Shown one piece after another: positions 37,708 to 50,006 of a stretch of DNA of 64,000 bases. A program made the position numbers and the translations under genes. The stretch comes from Giardia intestinalis (Eukaryota). Each line of letters opens with the position of its first letter. Position 1 is the stretch's first letter. The stretch lies in assembly GCA_000002435.2 (NCBI GenBank), contig CM018792.1; one strand, written 5' to 3'. Under the pieces are notes generated by a model, which worked only from the letters and a program-made list of their open reading frames with translations, did no database searches and had not been told where the DNA came from.

Positions 37708-40700
37708 TGAGACTAAGAGTAGCCAAGTAACGATCTATGTAGAGCTGTGAGTCAGTGCTGCATATCTTCAAAAGACATCCAGCTCATAGAAATCAGCACA
37801 TGTAATTGGCAATATATGAGGAATGAAACATAATGTGAAGTTAACTTTAGATTGAATGATGATTGTCTCTTCTGTTAACATGTCATAGAATTACTGGAAA
37901 TTCGTCTGCAAAAGGAAAGCACATGCACTCATTTAAGTAATAAATGTATCTATCATGTGTACTTTAATGTAGCGTATATAGCTTACACCTATAGGGACTT
38001 TCTAACGTAGTTTGACTAAAAACTTATCATTCCACTGTGTAGGCATAGATAAAAAGTCCAGAAACAGACAGCGACGCAACCCTGTGTACCTGCCTCCTGC
38101 AGAATCGAGGGAACCCGGCCTCTTGTGGCAGGTCTGCCACTAGTTCCTCTCCCAGTACCTCTGCACCCCTGAAGAGCCAGCCCCTGTGCCCTCTCTGTGC
38201 GGGTCTGGCCCATGCACCGATGCCCATACAGCATCCCTATCCCTTGGTCACGCCTGTTGCCCGACTACCTGGTGAAGGACACTCGTAGGTGGATCTTTGC
38301 GGGGCCTGGGAAGATCACAAGGTCCGTGGATGCGCGAATCGGTATTGACTAGCGTGTATAATGCTTCCACCTGGTGGGCACACAGGCTCCAGTTCTAACC
38401 CTTTGCAGTGAATATTATCAAGATCCCGTAGTGCATGAAAGGTACCAGATGGAGTTCGAAGGCGTAGGTCGGTTCTCTCAACTTGAACAAGGAGGAAACG
38501 CTGCTCAAACTGTGTGTCTTCTGGGCCAGCTGAATGAGAACTCCACTACTACTCCCAAATCACCCCGATGCTATCGCTAATGGGAGCATCTGTGTGTGCG
38601 GGACGACAAAGACTCTCCGTATCAAGCTGTCGTCAATGAGAAGGAATAGGAGCTCGAGGTGTCTATGCTGGTCCGCCAGGTGTTGGCCAGGCTCATGATC
38701 CGGCGCTCCTTTGGCCTCATGCAAGTATTAGGGCGGTCAGGCTCCCACCTGCTAATAAGGAATCGAGCAGCGCTCGCTTGTCACCTCCAGCCCGATCTGT
38801 AGCTGGCCTGGACAAATGGGCACTCAGTACAGGCATTCTGTCCCTTGCACTGCAAACCGCGCCACACGGTATAGAGTGTAGTGTAGTTCGATGCCCCTCT
38901 CTCCCTGCACAGTGCAAGGAGGACCGGCTCTCTCCCGTCGTGCATGGGAGCATGATAAGGCTCAGCTAACGGCACCACACCCTATGCCAGATCTCTATTA
39001 TAGCTCCACCAGAGGCCAAAGCGCCGACGTCCACGAGCCAGTGTGAAAAGTAGAAGGTCCAGTCACACGCACCTGGACAGCAAGAGATACCGCAAGGACA
39101 TATCTCGGATACGATCCAGGCAAGGGCCTTGTAGAAGGCCTGCCTATGTTAGTGGCTAGAGGGTCACATGAATGAACAGCCGTTGTGGTCCATTAGTCAC
39201 TGTCCTTGTGTCGTAAGGACACCCACCGATGCCCATCACCATGAACCAAGCGAATGCTATGCCTACCCATAGAGCCTGAGTGGTGTGCATTGTAGATTGC
39301 TGATGAGCTTGGATCCGCTCCGCCGGTCATACCTTGCCAGGCTGGTTTCCTTACCCAGCCATTATTGCAGCTTCCATCCGGTAGATGAGAAGCCGGTGAT
39401 CGCTTCTGGTGTGATGGATCTAGCCCCTGCTGCAGTGGCCTCGCTCCAGAGTAGGTTTTAGCACAGCCACCCGAGAGTTGATAGTCCTGCCACCTGACCG
39501 ATCGGACCCAGAGCGTGCTATAGAACTAGTCATAAGGTTGTGGAGTCGAGCACACTCTATGGGCCGGTGAGGACAGATGGCACTGCTGGGCCAGGCCGTG
39601 CTGACCCTGCCACTCCGGTTGGTGCTAGCTATGGCCTAGTAGAGACTCGAAGATAAAGGTGATCAGCTGCTGCCAAAGATGTGTCCCCCACATGGATTTC
39701 CGATGAAAGTGGCTACCCTGTGACCGATTGAGATACGTTGTGGCTGTTGACTGTGCTCGGGAACCCCCTAGAGTAGCCATGCTTCGTGGATAGCTTGGAG
39801 CACGAGCTAAGGCCTCTTGCTGGCTGGTTGGGCCAGAGTAACAGCGTTCAGCTGGTGGGCGCGCCAAGAGGACCAGCGTTGCTTATGGGTCATGCCTATG
39901 CTGAGCTGCCTGTAGTATAGTGCGAAGGGTCTGATTCCGGGTGGTCACTTGAGGTCACGAACGCTCGATGACGCGACACATGTGTGAAGCGGAGCGACGA
40001 AGGAGAACCACGTGGCGGCCTGCAGGCAGGAAGGTAAGGAAGCAGACAAGAGTGTGCCTAGTAGGCCTACTTAAGGTGGAGTAAGTCGGGGGACACTCCT
40101 CTTCGTAATAGGGGGCATCGGCCTTCGGCTGTAGAGCATGTGCTCTGAAGGATGGTGGAAGCAGATGTATAGGTGATACTGATCTGAGTACAACGGCAAG
40201 CGTTGGCGTCTGGATTGGGAGACAAGCAAGAGCGAGCGCTGAGCCACCACCTGGTTGATGGACGAGCCAAGCTTGTAACACGTGTAGCAATCCTCTGACC
40301 AAAGATGAAAAGACTGTTCAACACGGTGATACAGGGCAGTCGTGCAGATTGAGAGGTTCGATAGTGGCCCGCCTGCCACAGGAAGGCGCAGCCAGGTTCG
40401 TTTGGACAGCAGATACGCTGGCTGCTATCGGTTTGTATAGTACACATCTACAATGGAGCCCCGTGCCATGTGGGGAGAGGAGATGGACTCTTTCAGCTCC
40501 GGAATGAGCAGACTTTCAAGAACCTGTTCTGCTACAAATGCATAAAAACAAAGAGCAGCCTCCAGCTTGTCCGTAGGCCTCACGGCTTTGCCATGCTTAG
40601 AAGCCATCAGGCACTACAGATATCCCGCTACAATCTTGGTTGGCAGCTAGCCCCTCTAACGCTAGTCTTACATAGCTGGCCTGCTTATCGCCCCTGCCTC

Positions 40701-43381
40701 CTCTGTGTGAACCGGCTTTCTAGAAACCTCTGTGCACGGCCAACCTTCTGCACATCTAGTTAACATCCCCCTTCGGTGAAGCGTACTCCAAGGACTGAGC
40801 ACTGTAAGATAAGCACAACGAAGCAAAACCCTTTGCAGTCTCGCTCAACACTGGCAACGAGCACGCAAGCACGTATAAGGGTACTTGAGGAGCGGACTGT
40901 GATCCAGACTGGTCAGTAGCTGGCCCTGTAGCACTCACCGCATAGGCCTCCGTTGCGCCGTATGCATAAGCCGTTGGTCTCCCTTGAGGACAGTGGAGCG
41001 CCTTGTGGTACTTGTCTGAGTGCACGATTATCGCCAGCAGGCGTAGGGGAGCATCTGTATGCACAGAGATCGCGGACGTGATCAAAGGCGCGCCCGCTGT
41101 AACGAGCTACCTCGCCTTGCTAATAACGATAGTCCCAATCGTGGGATTTGGCTCGCACTGAACATCATGCAGGGATGTGCCTAGTGCTCAAGAAGGCCAG
41201 CACAGCAGCTGCCAACCCGCCAGGTGCATTTGCTCTCCCATCGTGGCAAGCACAAGGGGAAATGGTCGCCGGCAAAATAGCTAAGGCGTACTGGCTAGTG
41301 TCATCGTGCACATGTGAGGACGGCTGCTCTCTTCTACGCACATAGTACACTGTCCATGTGTGCCACCGTCGTTCCGTGTGCTGTTCGTGCTTATAGTACT
41401 TGCGATATGTCAGAGGCTAGAAGACGCTTCAAAAGGCCTTTGAGCCCCTTGTCTAGCGGGCTAAGCGACGAACACAATAGGGCCTGTGCACGGAGGTGCT
41501 ACTCTGGGGAGATAGCCACGATCACAGACATACCTAGTTTTTTAGCTCAGCGAGAGGCCACATGACAACGCCCCCTTCAGGGCCCGTGCCGCGAGCAAGG
41601 GACGTATCTAGCCGGGCAGGAGCAACGCACGGCGGTCTCCTTCCCCGCTGTACCGCCTGCTAGCAAATAACCGTGTTCTAGAGAGATGGCTGGACAGCAC
41701 CCATGGGTTGTTCGCACACGTTTCCACGATTGTCTGCTCTCCTGTCCGGCCACAGGAGGGTGCGGTCTCAGGTGTATCCATGGGGAAGCATTCACCTCTG
41801 ATGGGAATGGATTGGTCGCTTTCCCAGCTTCAGCCAACCAAGTAGTCCTGTCTTCAAGGTATACCGGTAAACCTTGTCTAGCACATACACCAGTGCGGTA
41901 TTCAGAGGCCATAAAACGCTGCGCTCAACGTGCCTATCAAGCTTAACGTGGTTACGTCCAGTCGTCCCGTCAGTGGGCCACGCCGCTTCCTAGCTAGCAG
42001 AGAGCTATGCATCACCCTCCACAAGCTTCTCTCCCAGCTGCCGCTCGTTCTGTGGCCCTAGCATTCTGGCCTTGCTCAAGCTCGTGCCTCTTCCACCCGC
42101 TACGCTGTAGGAAGAGATGCAAGCTCTCGGTTCACAGGGTGCTCATAGGCGTAACTCCACAGCCTAGCATATGCAGCAGTAGTTTGCATCCTCTTGAACT
42201 GCACTATGTCTGCCGTACTTATTGTAGTGAGCCACGTGCTTATCAGCTCTTCCATCTCTCCTGCCTTAGACGCATCAGGTAGACCCAGCAGTGTCCTGGC
42301 CCTTTCCTTTATTGATACACTCACAAGAGTCGCTCATAGACGCCTGTCTTCTAACTTTGATGCCTCTGTACACGGTTCGTGGCCTCCACGACTAGTCACA
42401 CATTCTCCGGTATCTGCCATTTCTGGAGGAGGTCTACTGACTAGGAACACCACTTACACCATTTGAGCATCACAAGCAGCAGACGCTAGATCCTTCGCTC
42501 ACTGCTACGCCGCATTCAATGACTCCCTACAAGTGACCTGTTACTAATTATACTTACTGGTGTTAGATACATGACAGCATAAGCACACGCTGTAGCGGTC
42601 GGTGCTCTCTGTTTGCTTTTGAGATCCAAGTCTCTATCGATATGGTACTTGTCCCGCTTGCATTGTTGGCATTTGCACGCCTGGGTCTGTCAAGACCGCT
42701 GTGGTAATGAGACAGTGCCTCGTCTTTGTGTATTGAATGACTCCGGTAGACCATATGAAAGGCTGTTCGGCTGTTTCTGGCTAAGCCTGATGGTATCTTC
42801 TTTGCATGCCAAATAACGGGCATCACACGGCTCCACAAGAGAGATGCCTGCTCGTCATCCTACTGCAGATCCAAAAGCACTCTCCGACTAGCAGCCCTCT
42901 TTAGCATTTGCTTGATGTAGCTAAGAGAAGTCTCCGTGCTTCTGTTCCTCGATGCGCTTACACTGCTTCTCCCATAAAGCATTTCTTGAGGGTTACATAC
43001 GCATTCACTATCTTATATACAGGATGAACGCGAACGGCCAAGTGGTTTGGCCAAGGATAGAACAGCTAACGAGTGATCAACTCGCCCACTTGCATTCTTC
43101 CCATACGCTGGAGTTGTAACAGCTTCAACTCGACTACTTTGTAGTCTAACCATCAACTCCGGGTGGCTCAAATTCAAGCACAACCACACACCCCACTGGC
43201 AAAGTCCTAATTCTCAGCAAGCTATTGGGTGGTGTTACAATGACATAACTATCCAAATTAGATTCAGCCTTCTTGGCTTCTGTCTACGCCAGTGTTACTA
43301 GAGTATCTTTGAAGGAAGGGTCCTTTCACCTGCATCTGAGACCCTCTCTTCGGCCTTTCTCAGTATAAGATATGGGTTTCT

Positions 43382-45922
43382 CTACTCCTTGAATGCTCCC
43401 CCAAGAAAGGCGGCAGCTAGCACACATAGGCCTGTCACAGTAGCAGCTAGCAAGCGGGGTCTGTATCGAGCCTCAGAGGACACGTCGCCTTCTTCATCAG
43501 GCAAACCCCCGTCCTCTTCTGGTGAATATGTGACCCTGATGCTGTTTGAGACAAACACATCTTCGCGAAGTGTGGTACGGTCGAGCTCCGTAATCCCAGA
43601 CGGGACAAAGAGAAGCCTCCCTTGGCCGCTGAATGCTTCCTGTTCGACTAGCCCTGTTAGCGTCAAACCAAACTCTTTTCCGTTAACCTTCGGGCCTGTA
43701 CAACTGAACTGTATATCTGTGGCAATCGTAACAGGAGTTTGAGGTGCGCTTCTCCAAGCAGTCTGCGTTCCACTCAGATAAAACAGGGTATACCTTTTTG
43801 TGACAGGATGCACTGTGCAAGTGTAGTACAGAGTGTTTGAAGAAGAAGCTGTGCGCCGCTTGTAGCCAAGCGTACGCATCATCCTCTCCATAACGGTCTC
43901 TGCGTTTTCTTCTGGATTCGTTCTAAAGGCAATGCTACTAGGCCATGCAATAGTAAGGTGAGACTCGATCCCAAAGATCACTATGTCAATGTACTCGATG
44001 AAGATGGACTGATGGTATCCTACGTCAAGGATGTTAATAGTCCAGTCTCCAACGGAGTTCTCTCCGTAGAACAGGTAGGAGTAGAAAAACACACCCTCAA
44101 TATCTTCTGTCGTCACAGAATCTGGCTGGATCATCGTGCCTCTGGTTCCCTCTGGCGATTGCACCAGTATACTCAGCTCCTTTAGATTCGACCCGTTTGA
44201 AGCAACAACTCGGAGTCCTATTTTCTCTATGCGCTTATTTTGCACGACAGATAGCTTCTTCTGGAGGGTGATCCGATCAGGGATGTAACGATCGATTGCT
44301 ATTCGATGGACTCCACACTTTTCCGCACACTCCCCACCATCATCAATAATCACCCCTGTGCAGCCCAGGAATTTCTTACAAGAGTTACCACATCGCTCTT
44401 CCCAAGCCTGACGGCTCATGTAGTCTTTTTCTGAACCATATATGTGACGAAGCGCCTTAACATAAGAGAGGGAGGCATTCACATCCACCAGTCCAAACCC
44501 GTATGTATTCGAGAAGAGGTATCCAGCAGCGTTTCTTTTCCAGTCGTTTGCGTCGCCGAGGTATGATGAGTTAAGCCCTAGCTCTGTGTGTCTCCCTGTC
44601 TCGGCGATCACGTTAAGCAAATCAGAAAAGCTCATCTGATACCCTAGAGCTGCAAACGCATCGGCCACTAGTGCAAGTGCAGCTGCTCCAATAGATAGGG
44701 CGGACCCAGGCCCATATGCGACGGGGGCAACAACGTCATCAAATCCAAAGGCGACCAATGGCGCGTCTTCTGTTCCAGACGGGGTGCTGAATAGGATATT
44801 CGCTCCGATTCTGGAGCTAGGATAGGTGACAGTGAGTACTGTGTTAGCCTCTCCATGAGATTGCTGGATGACGCTTTGTACATACACAGCTACGGAGGAT
44901 TGCAAATAATTTAACAGATTGACGTCTTCTTCGCCTACACCTGTACTAAAAATAGGGATGAAATCGCCGTTGCAAGAGTCTTTAACATCTGATGCTGCCA
45001 TTACATCTCTGAGAAGAGGAACCAAAGACTCCAAGAGAGAGTTCTTAGCCCTTAGATGAGCAGCGAATGGAATCTCATACATACAAACTAATAGGTTCAT
45101 GAAGCGGGATGATGCGCCCTTTATGCTATATCCTTCCAAGACATCAATAAACGATGCTTCGTACTCTGAGCTAGCAACCATCCCAGAAGATGTCTCCGAA
45201 TCAACCAGTTTAGGTCTGAACACCGTTCTCTCAATGACCTGAGCGTTTCTCGCTACCCCACTGGTGCCTCCAGACATGTGGGCTGCAGCAAGGGTTAACG
45301 CAATTGTCCCGGGTGCATCCTCAGTAAAGAGAGATGCATTAAAGCCGCCACAGTTTATGGAATATTCTTCGTTGAGAGTTAGTTGGGTGCATGTCCTAGA
45401 AATCCCTGAGTTCAGAAACGAAAGCTTAATTCGTCGGCCGGTGACATCAGGATGAATTAACGTAAGGTTATCAGATCGAAAGATGTTTATAAGGTGAAGA
45501 TGATCTAGTGGTTCTGCGTCCTCTGTTTGGTCATTAATATGATAAAGGAGAGTTGTTGTATCGAAAAAGTCGTCACAATAAACTTTATTGACAGCAGCTT
45601 GGCTTCGAAGATGTTGTAAGTATTGCTCTTTTAAACTCTTTTCAAGTTCGGGATGAGCCTGGAGCTCGTCAGCTATTTCGTGATAACAATCAAAAACCTT
45701 CAAGTCCAAAACCCCAAGATCTCGTACAAAATTTGGATCAAGTGTCGTGGAGTCCAACTGATACCCCTCCCGTAATTCTAAAAGGCAGAGCTCTCCTCTT
45801 TCAGAAGTTGTCAAGATAGATATAACAAGTAGCAACAACAATAACATGTGGCTCGATAGCTTTTTGTATCTGCTTTTGTTCTCTACAGTAAACAGCCGCT
45901 GATACCTACGTATATTCAACAT
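43382..45922 (-). CDS. Kexin/furin-like proprotein-convertase homologue (palindrome copy B)
   Basis: 846-aa translation identical to 22809..25349. Confidence 0.65.
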   Translation of the reverse strand: MLNIRRYQRLFTVENKSRYKKLSSHMLLLLLLVISILTTSERGELCLLELREGYQLDSTTLDPNFVRDLGVLDLKVFDCYHEIADELQAHPELEKSLKEQYLQHLRSQAAVNKVYCDDFFDTTTLLYHINDQTEDAEPLDHLHLINIFRSDNLTLIHPDVTGRRIKLSFLNSGISRTCTQLTLNEEYSINCGGFNASLFTEDAPGTIALTLAAAHMSGGTSGVARNAQVIERTVFRPKLVDSETSSGMVASSEYEASFIDVLEGYSIKGASSRFMNLLVCMYEIPFAAHLRAKNSLLESLVPLLRDVMAASDVKDSCNGDFIPIFSTGVGEEDVNLLNYLQSSVAVYVQSVIQQSHGEANTVLTVTYPSSRIGANILFSTPSGTEDAPLVAFGFDDVVAPVAYGPGSALSIGAAALALVADAFAALGYQMSFSDLLNVIAETGRHTELGLNSSYLGDANDWKRNAAGYLFSNTYGFGLVDVNASLSYVKALRHIYGSEKDYMSRQAWEERCGNSCKKFLGCTGVIIDDGGECAEKCGVHRIAIDRYIPDRITLQKKLSVVQNKRIEKIGLRVVASNGSNLKELSILVQSPEGTRGTMIQPDSVTTEDIEGVFFYSYLFYGENSVGDWTINILDVGYHQSIFIEYIDIVIFGIESHLTIAWPSSIAFRTNPEENAETVMERMMRTLGYKRRTASSSNTLYYTCTVHPVTKRYTLFYLSGTQTAWRSAPQTPVTIATDIQFSCTGPKVNGKEFGLTLTGLVEQEAFSGQGRLLFVPSGITELDRTTLREDVFVSNSIRVTYSPEEDGGLPDEEGDVSSEARYRPRLLAATVTGLCVLAAAFLGGAFKE

Positions 45923-46209
45923 CTAACAAATAGAGATCATCAGGATTAGTGATTGGAATTACTTAACTCGAACAAGATAGTATATGGTCCTTCATCTTCA
46001 GGCCGTTGTATAGACATGCGAGAATTTGTTCAAGGCTATAGAGCTCTAAATGTTAGAAAGACCATGACTGTTAGAATTCAACCAGTCCTAGACAGAGCTA
46101 AAGCCAATGCTGTTCTTAATTTGGTATTCTAGAGAGTCATGGCTCCATTCAAATAGGGAGGAGACAACTGAGCGCAGAATCAAAAAGCTGAGTCTCAGGT
46201 AAGAAACAC

Positions 46210-49200
46210 ATGGGCCCACAAAGTGGTTTCCATGATACCTTAGTGCCTGCAGCACCGATGCATAGCCCTACAAATCACGGGATGGCGCTAGGTGACTCTA
46301 CTTTACCAAGCAATGAAACAGAACCCAGCAGTCTGATTTATGTTCCTTTATTTGGTCTTAAGTACGCACAGCAGTTCATGTACAGCAGTGGCTTCGATTC
46401 TAGTCATCGAGTGCGGCTGAATTTTGACGATCCTAGGGGTTGTTTGCCTAAGGGAGTGAATATTTTTTCGTCAGACCCGTGCTTAGACGGCCATGCTTAC
46501 AGGCGCTGCCTTTCTGGATTTTTGACTGCCGAGTTATCATGTTCACCGCCTCTTTTTCTGGAGCTTCTGGAAGAAAAAGCGGCTAATGAGGACTCGGAAT
46601 CGTCAGAGGAGGACATTTCCGATGCAGCATTCATTCGGCGTCATGTGATAATGGAAGCGCTCGAGCGGATACATGAGCACAGTGCTGCACACTCCTTATC
46701 GTCAAGAGTGCATGCGCCGGTTTCTTGTCTTGCAACTCATATGGACGACACGTGGCTTAACGCTTCAGTTTTTTCCGCAATTGAGGATGCCTTGTCTCTA
46801 AGTAGTGAGGAGCTTTCTCAAGATAGAACGACATACTATTATGAGCACAGTACATCGGCAAGTGCATTTCTTCTCTCTGGAAAGTTTGTAAGGCTTTTGA
46901 GTCCTCAAATAGAAACGCGATTCTGCCATTTTGACTTTGTCTTGCCAGATCCTAGCACTCGCAGAGTGATGGTCACAATCTACCCTGAACCAGAATACTT
47001 TGCTCGTTATGCTAGCGATATTTATGTCATAGCTGATGACATCTCTGAGCACAAGGCGTATGGCGCTTTGTCAAGGGTCCAACGGGAAGAACATGCAAAG
47101 GAAGGAGCAGAGCAATACGGCTCTAAGAGGTCTAGGAATTACACTCAGGATATGGAAGCCTGCGACACCGTTCGAAACTATGCCTCCCACCGACTGCTTA
47201 CCTCGACGATGTTTACTTACGTCCACTCAGCATACGAGCACTGGCTCGATGTTATCGAAAAGCTTTTCATGGGACCCTGGTCCAAGTCTGCTAGTTTTCT
47301 ACGACTTTGTTCACAATTTATAGAGTGCAAAGTATTTGGGTCTCTATCCCAGGAGCACTTTGCTACACCAGAAGACGTATACCTGGCCCAGTCACTAACT
47401 TGCGGGATCAGGGGGATTGTCTGTGATGTCTTCAACAGCTTTGGAGGCAATGTCACAGCATTGCCAGAACTACCAGCAAACGAGCTTTTAGGACAAATCA
47501 ATGAGGCGATCAGTGCTTCAAAGAGCATGCATGATATTCTTTCTGCTGTGGATGTCTTCACAGCCAAGGATGCTCAAGGAAAAGAATCTAGCTTTGTGGA
47601 GTCTTTCCATGTAGACACAGCTAAACCCACATCAGTCTATGAGCTCGCTGAAAAAGGAGTCTATAATTTAAAAGACGCTCAACCTGGTTTCTTGGATTTA
47701 GAATCGTTGCCGGAGCAGGACCAGGTCGGTGGCCTTGAAAAGGACATCCCAAACAAACAAGTATTTTCAGCGCCAACTACACCAAGAATCTTAGAAGCTG
47801 TTGCCCAGAGGTGTATGAACGAATTTTCTGATTTGTTTTGCCACCCTCCTCTTACTACAGGTCCAGGGATGAAACTTACTGGCTTCGAAAGTAACTTTCC
47901 TCATGCGATAAGGGCTCTTATAGAGTTAAAGGGTGGAAGCCATGCATTCTACACACTTACTTCCATGGAAGAAAAGCTTCGCTATCTTATGCCACTCGTG
48001 CTAGATCGACTCTATACCTACCAGCACTTCACTACAGCTACCTTTTTTTATGATTCCCTTTTAGAACACATGCGAGCATGCACTCAGGAGACTCTTCTCC
48101 AAACTCATGATCATGTTTGCTTGGATATTCCATCTGCGCACGCATACTACAAAGCTATTTGTCAGATGATTTTGCGCTTCAATAACATTCTCCTGCGCAC
48201 TTCTCAGGCACAACATAACGGACTCCTTCTTGACGGCATGGAGGCGAGATCGGTATCGTTTGTCGCGTCCTGTACTTGGCCTGAGGGCTGTGTACATGGA
48301 ACCCCTTCTACTGTGTCGTTGACGATCAGGCCACTGTGTCCTTGTTACTTCTGCAATATGGTCGCTATGGATGAAACAGATCTTTGTGTAGACCGTGCAT
48401 ATTCAACATGCAAGGCATGCTTATGCAAGTCCGGAGGAAGCTCTATTAAAGCGCAATCTACCACCGATATGCAAGCTGGCAAGATGGACACAAAGCAAGC
48501 GTCTGCAGGGGCGACGCTATCTATAAGCTATAGAGATTTGTGTGCATCGTTTTTGGGCGAGGAAACACCCAACAGACGAGACAACCTCGTAGCTGAAGCT
48601 TCTATCTTGCGCCTTATTGGATTGGCCAAACAAAGCATGGGATCCAATGTAACACCATTGCTATCAACCGATCACATAGAAGAGGCGCTCTTGTCAAAAG
48701 AAAACGATTCAGAACATAACCTTCAATTCCTTAAGCTTTCCCTGGATGGTAATGTAGAGGGCAAGATTAGAAGCTTGGACGGCTATCTACCTCGAAGGCT
48801 CTCAATGAAGCACGCTCTCCTTATTTATCTCACACTTCTTCCAGACTGCTCCGTGCGGGCCTTTGTCTGTAGCTTTCTACAAACGCGCTTGAGGGAACGG
48901 ATCGCAACCATCTTCAGCCAATCCATGGACTTGATATCTATACCCCCTAGTAAGCACCAGGTGCGCCGCAACCCAAAGCTATCTGTCGCTGAGCTGTCTT
49001 CTGATTCAGAAGATAACCATAGCAGCGCGCTATCATCATCGGGGATGGATTCCGGGCAAGGCTGGACTCAGCGTGGCTGGACGGCGGCTCCTCACAGACA
49101 CACTCGGGGCAATAATCCAAGGGACGGCCTAGATGAGCTTAACTTAGGACAAACCGAGATAATAGAATACATCCCGTCGTGCATCCATAGGGTACAATCC

Positions 49201-49929
49201 TTGACGAGCAGCCGCGATTTTGACTTTGTTGCACAGCAAAACACTTACCAGCACACACGTCACCTCCGACGGGTACAGGCAGGTCTGCAGCGGCTACGTG
49301 ACCGACTACTGGAGCACGAGCCGTTGGTCGCAAATGCCCATGCTTCAACACGGAAGCGGCGGAGGCGAGGGCGTGCATCCGGAAGGGTAATGCTTGCAGA
49401 AGACGTCCTTGCGCTGGAGGGCTTTTCTAACGATCCCTTACGGGCCATGGCCATCCAGTCAGCGGAGGCGCTCGAGGCCATCAGAGCAGAGCCCACCCTA
49501 GCCCCCGGGCCTTCTAGGGTGACACCGATGATGTGGGCTTCTCACCTCTACGGACCCAAGGTGCTCTGGGAGGCCTACCATCAGATTAACTACGGAAATC
49601 ACACTGATGTGCCCCCTGTGACGCTAGAGCGGGGGCTGTGGGCTCCGTCCCGGGCCCGACTACTCCCTGCACACGGAGAGCGGCGGTACCGTACGCTGGG
49701 CTCCGTCGAGGGCCTGGCGCTGGCCGGGCACACGATCACCGTCTCGGGGCTGGGCAGCGGAGAGGCAGGCCTTGCCGAGGGGCCCGTGCAGGTCCGCTCC
49801 CAGCTCCCCGACCCGACGCACACACGCCTCGCCTTCGACGACGTCCTCGCCGCTCTTCTGGGCCTCCAGGAGGGAGGGGAGATGGAGAGATGTAATAGTA
49901 GCAACGTTGTACCAACTATCTGTGAATGA
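46210..49929 (+). CDS. Large hypothetical protein, 1239 aa (palindrome copy B, longer C-terminus)
   Basis: Identical to copy A for 1227 residues. It extends 11 codons past the palindrome boundary at 49889. Confidence 0.65.
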   Translation: MGPQSGFHDTLVPAAPMHSPTNHGMALGDSTLPSNETEPSSLIYVPLFGLKYAQQFMYSSGFDSSHRVRLNFDDPRGCLPKGVNIFSSDPCLDGHAYRRCLSGFLTAELSCSPPLFLELLEEKAANEDSESSEEDISDAAFIRRHVIMEALERIHEHSAAHSLSSRVHAPVSCLATHMDDTWLNASVFSAIEDALSLSSEELSQDRTTYYYEHSTSASAFLLSGKFVRLLSPQIETRFCHFDFVLPDPSTRRVMVTIYPEPEYFARYASDIYVIADDISEHKAYGALSRVQREEHAKEGAEQYGSKRSRNYTQDMEACDTVRNYASHRLLTSTMFTYVHSAYEHWLDVIEKLFMGPWSKSASFLRLCSQFIECKVFGSLSQEHFATPEDVYLAQSLTCGIRGIVCDVFNSFGGNVTALPELPANELLGQINEAISASKSMHDILSAVDVFTAKDAQGKESSFVESFHVDTAKPTSVYELAEKGVYNLKDAQPGFLDLESLPEQDQVGGLEKDIPNKQVFSAPTTPRILEAVAQRCMNEFSDLFCHPPLTTGPGMKLTGFESNFPHAIRALIELKGGSHAFYTLTSMEEKLRYLMPLVLDRLYTYQHFTTATFFYDSLLEHMRACTQETLLQTHDHVCLDIPSAHAYYKAICQMILRFNNILLRTSQAQHNGLLLDGMEARSVSFVASCTWPEGCVHGTPSTVSLTIRPLCPCYFCNMVAMDETDLCVDRAYSTCKACLCKSGGSSIKAQSTTDMQAGKMDTKQASAGATLSISYRDLCASFLGEETPNRRDNLVAEASILRLIGLAKQSMGSNVTPLLSTDHIEEALLSKENDSEHNLQFLKLSLDGNVEGKIRSLDGYLPRRLSMKHALLIYLTLLPDCSVRAFVCSFLQTRLRERIATIFSQSMDLISIPPSKHQVRRNPKLSVAELSSDSEDNHSSALSSSGMDSGQGWTQRGWTAAPHRHTRGNNPRDGLDELNLGQTEIIEYIPSCIHRVQSLTSSRDFDFVAQQNTYQHTRHLRRVQAGLQRLRDRLLEHEPLVANAHASTRKRRRRGRASGRVMLAEDVLALEGFSNDPLRAMAIQSAEALEAIRAEPTLAPGPSRVTPMMWASHLYGPKVLWEAYHQINYGNHTDVPPVTLERGLWAPSRARLLPAHGERRYRTLGSVEGLALAGHTITVSGLGSGEAGLAEGPVQVRSQLPDPTHTRLAFDDVLAALLGLQEGGEMERCNSSNVVPTICE

Positions 49930-50006
49930 TTTCCCGTTGTCAACTAGTGCCTACCGACACCAATAAAATTCTAGGAGTATAGCATCTGATTGTTGATTTA
50001 GTCAGT

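Larger units (their letters stand above)
35233..49889. repeat. Right arm of the large perfect inverted repeat, 14,657 bp
   Basis: Mirror image of 18842..33498. Outer identity ends after ...gagatggagag at 49889. Inner identity ends at 35233. Confidence 0.9.
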
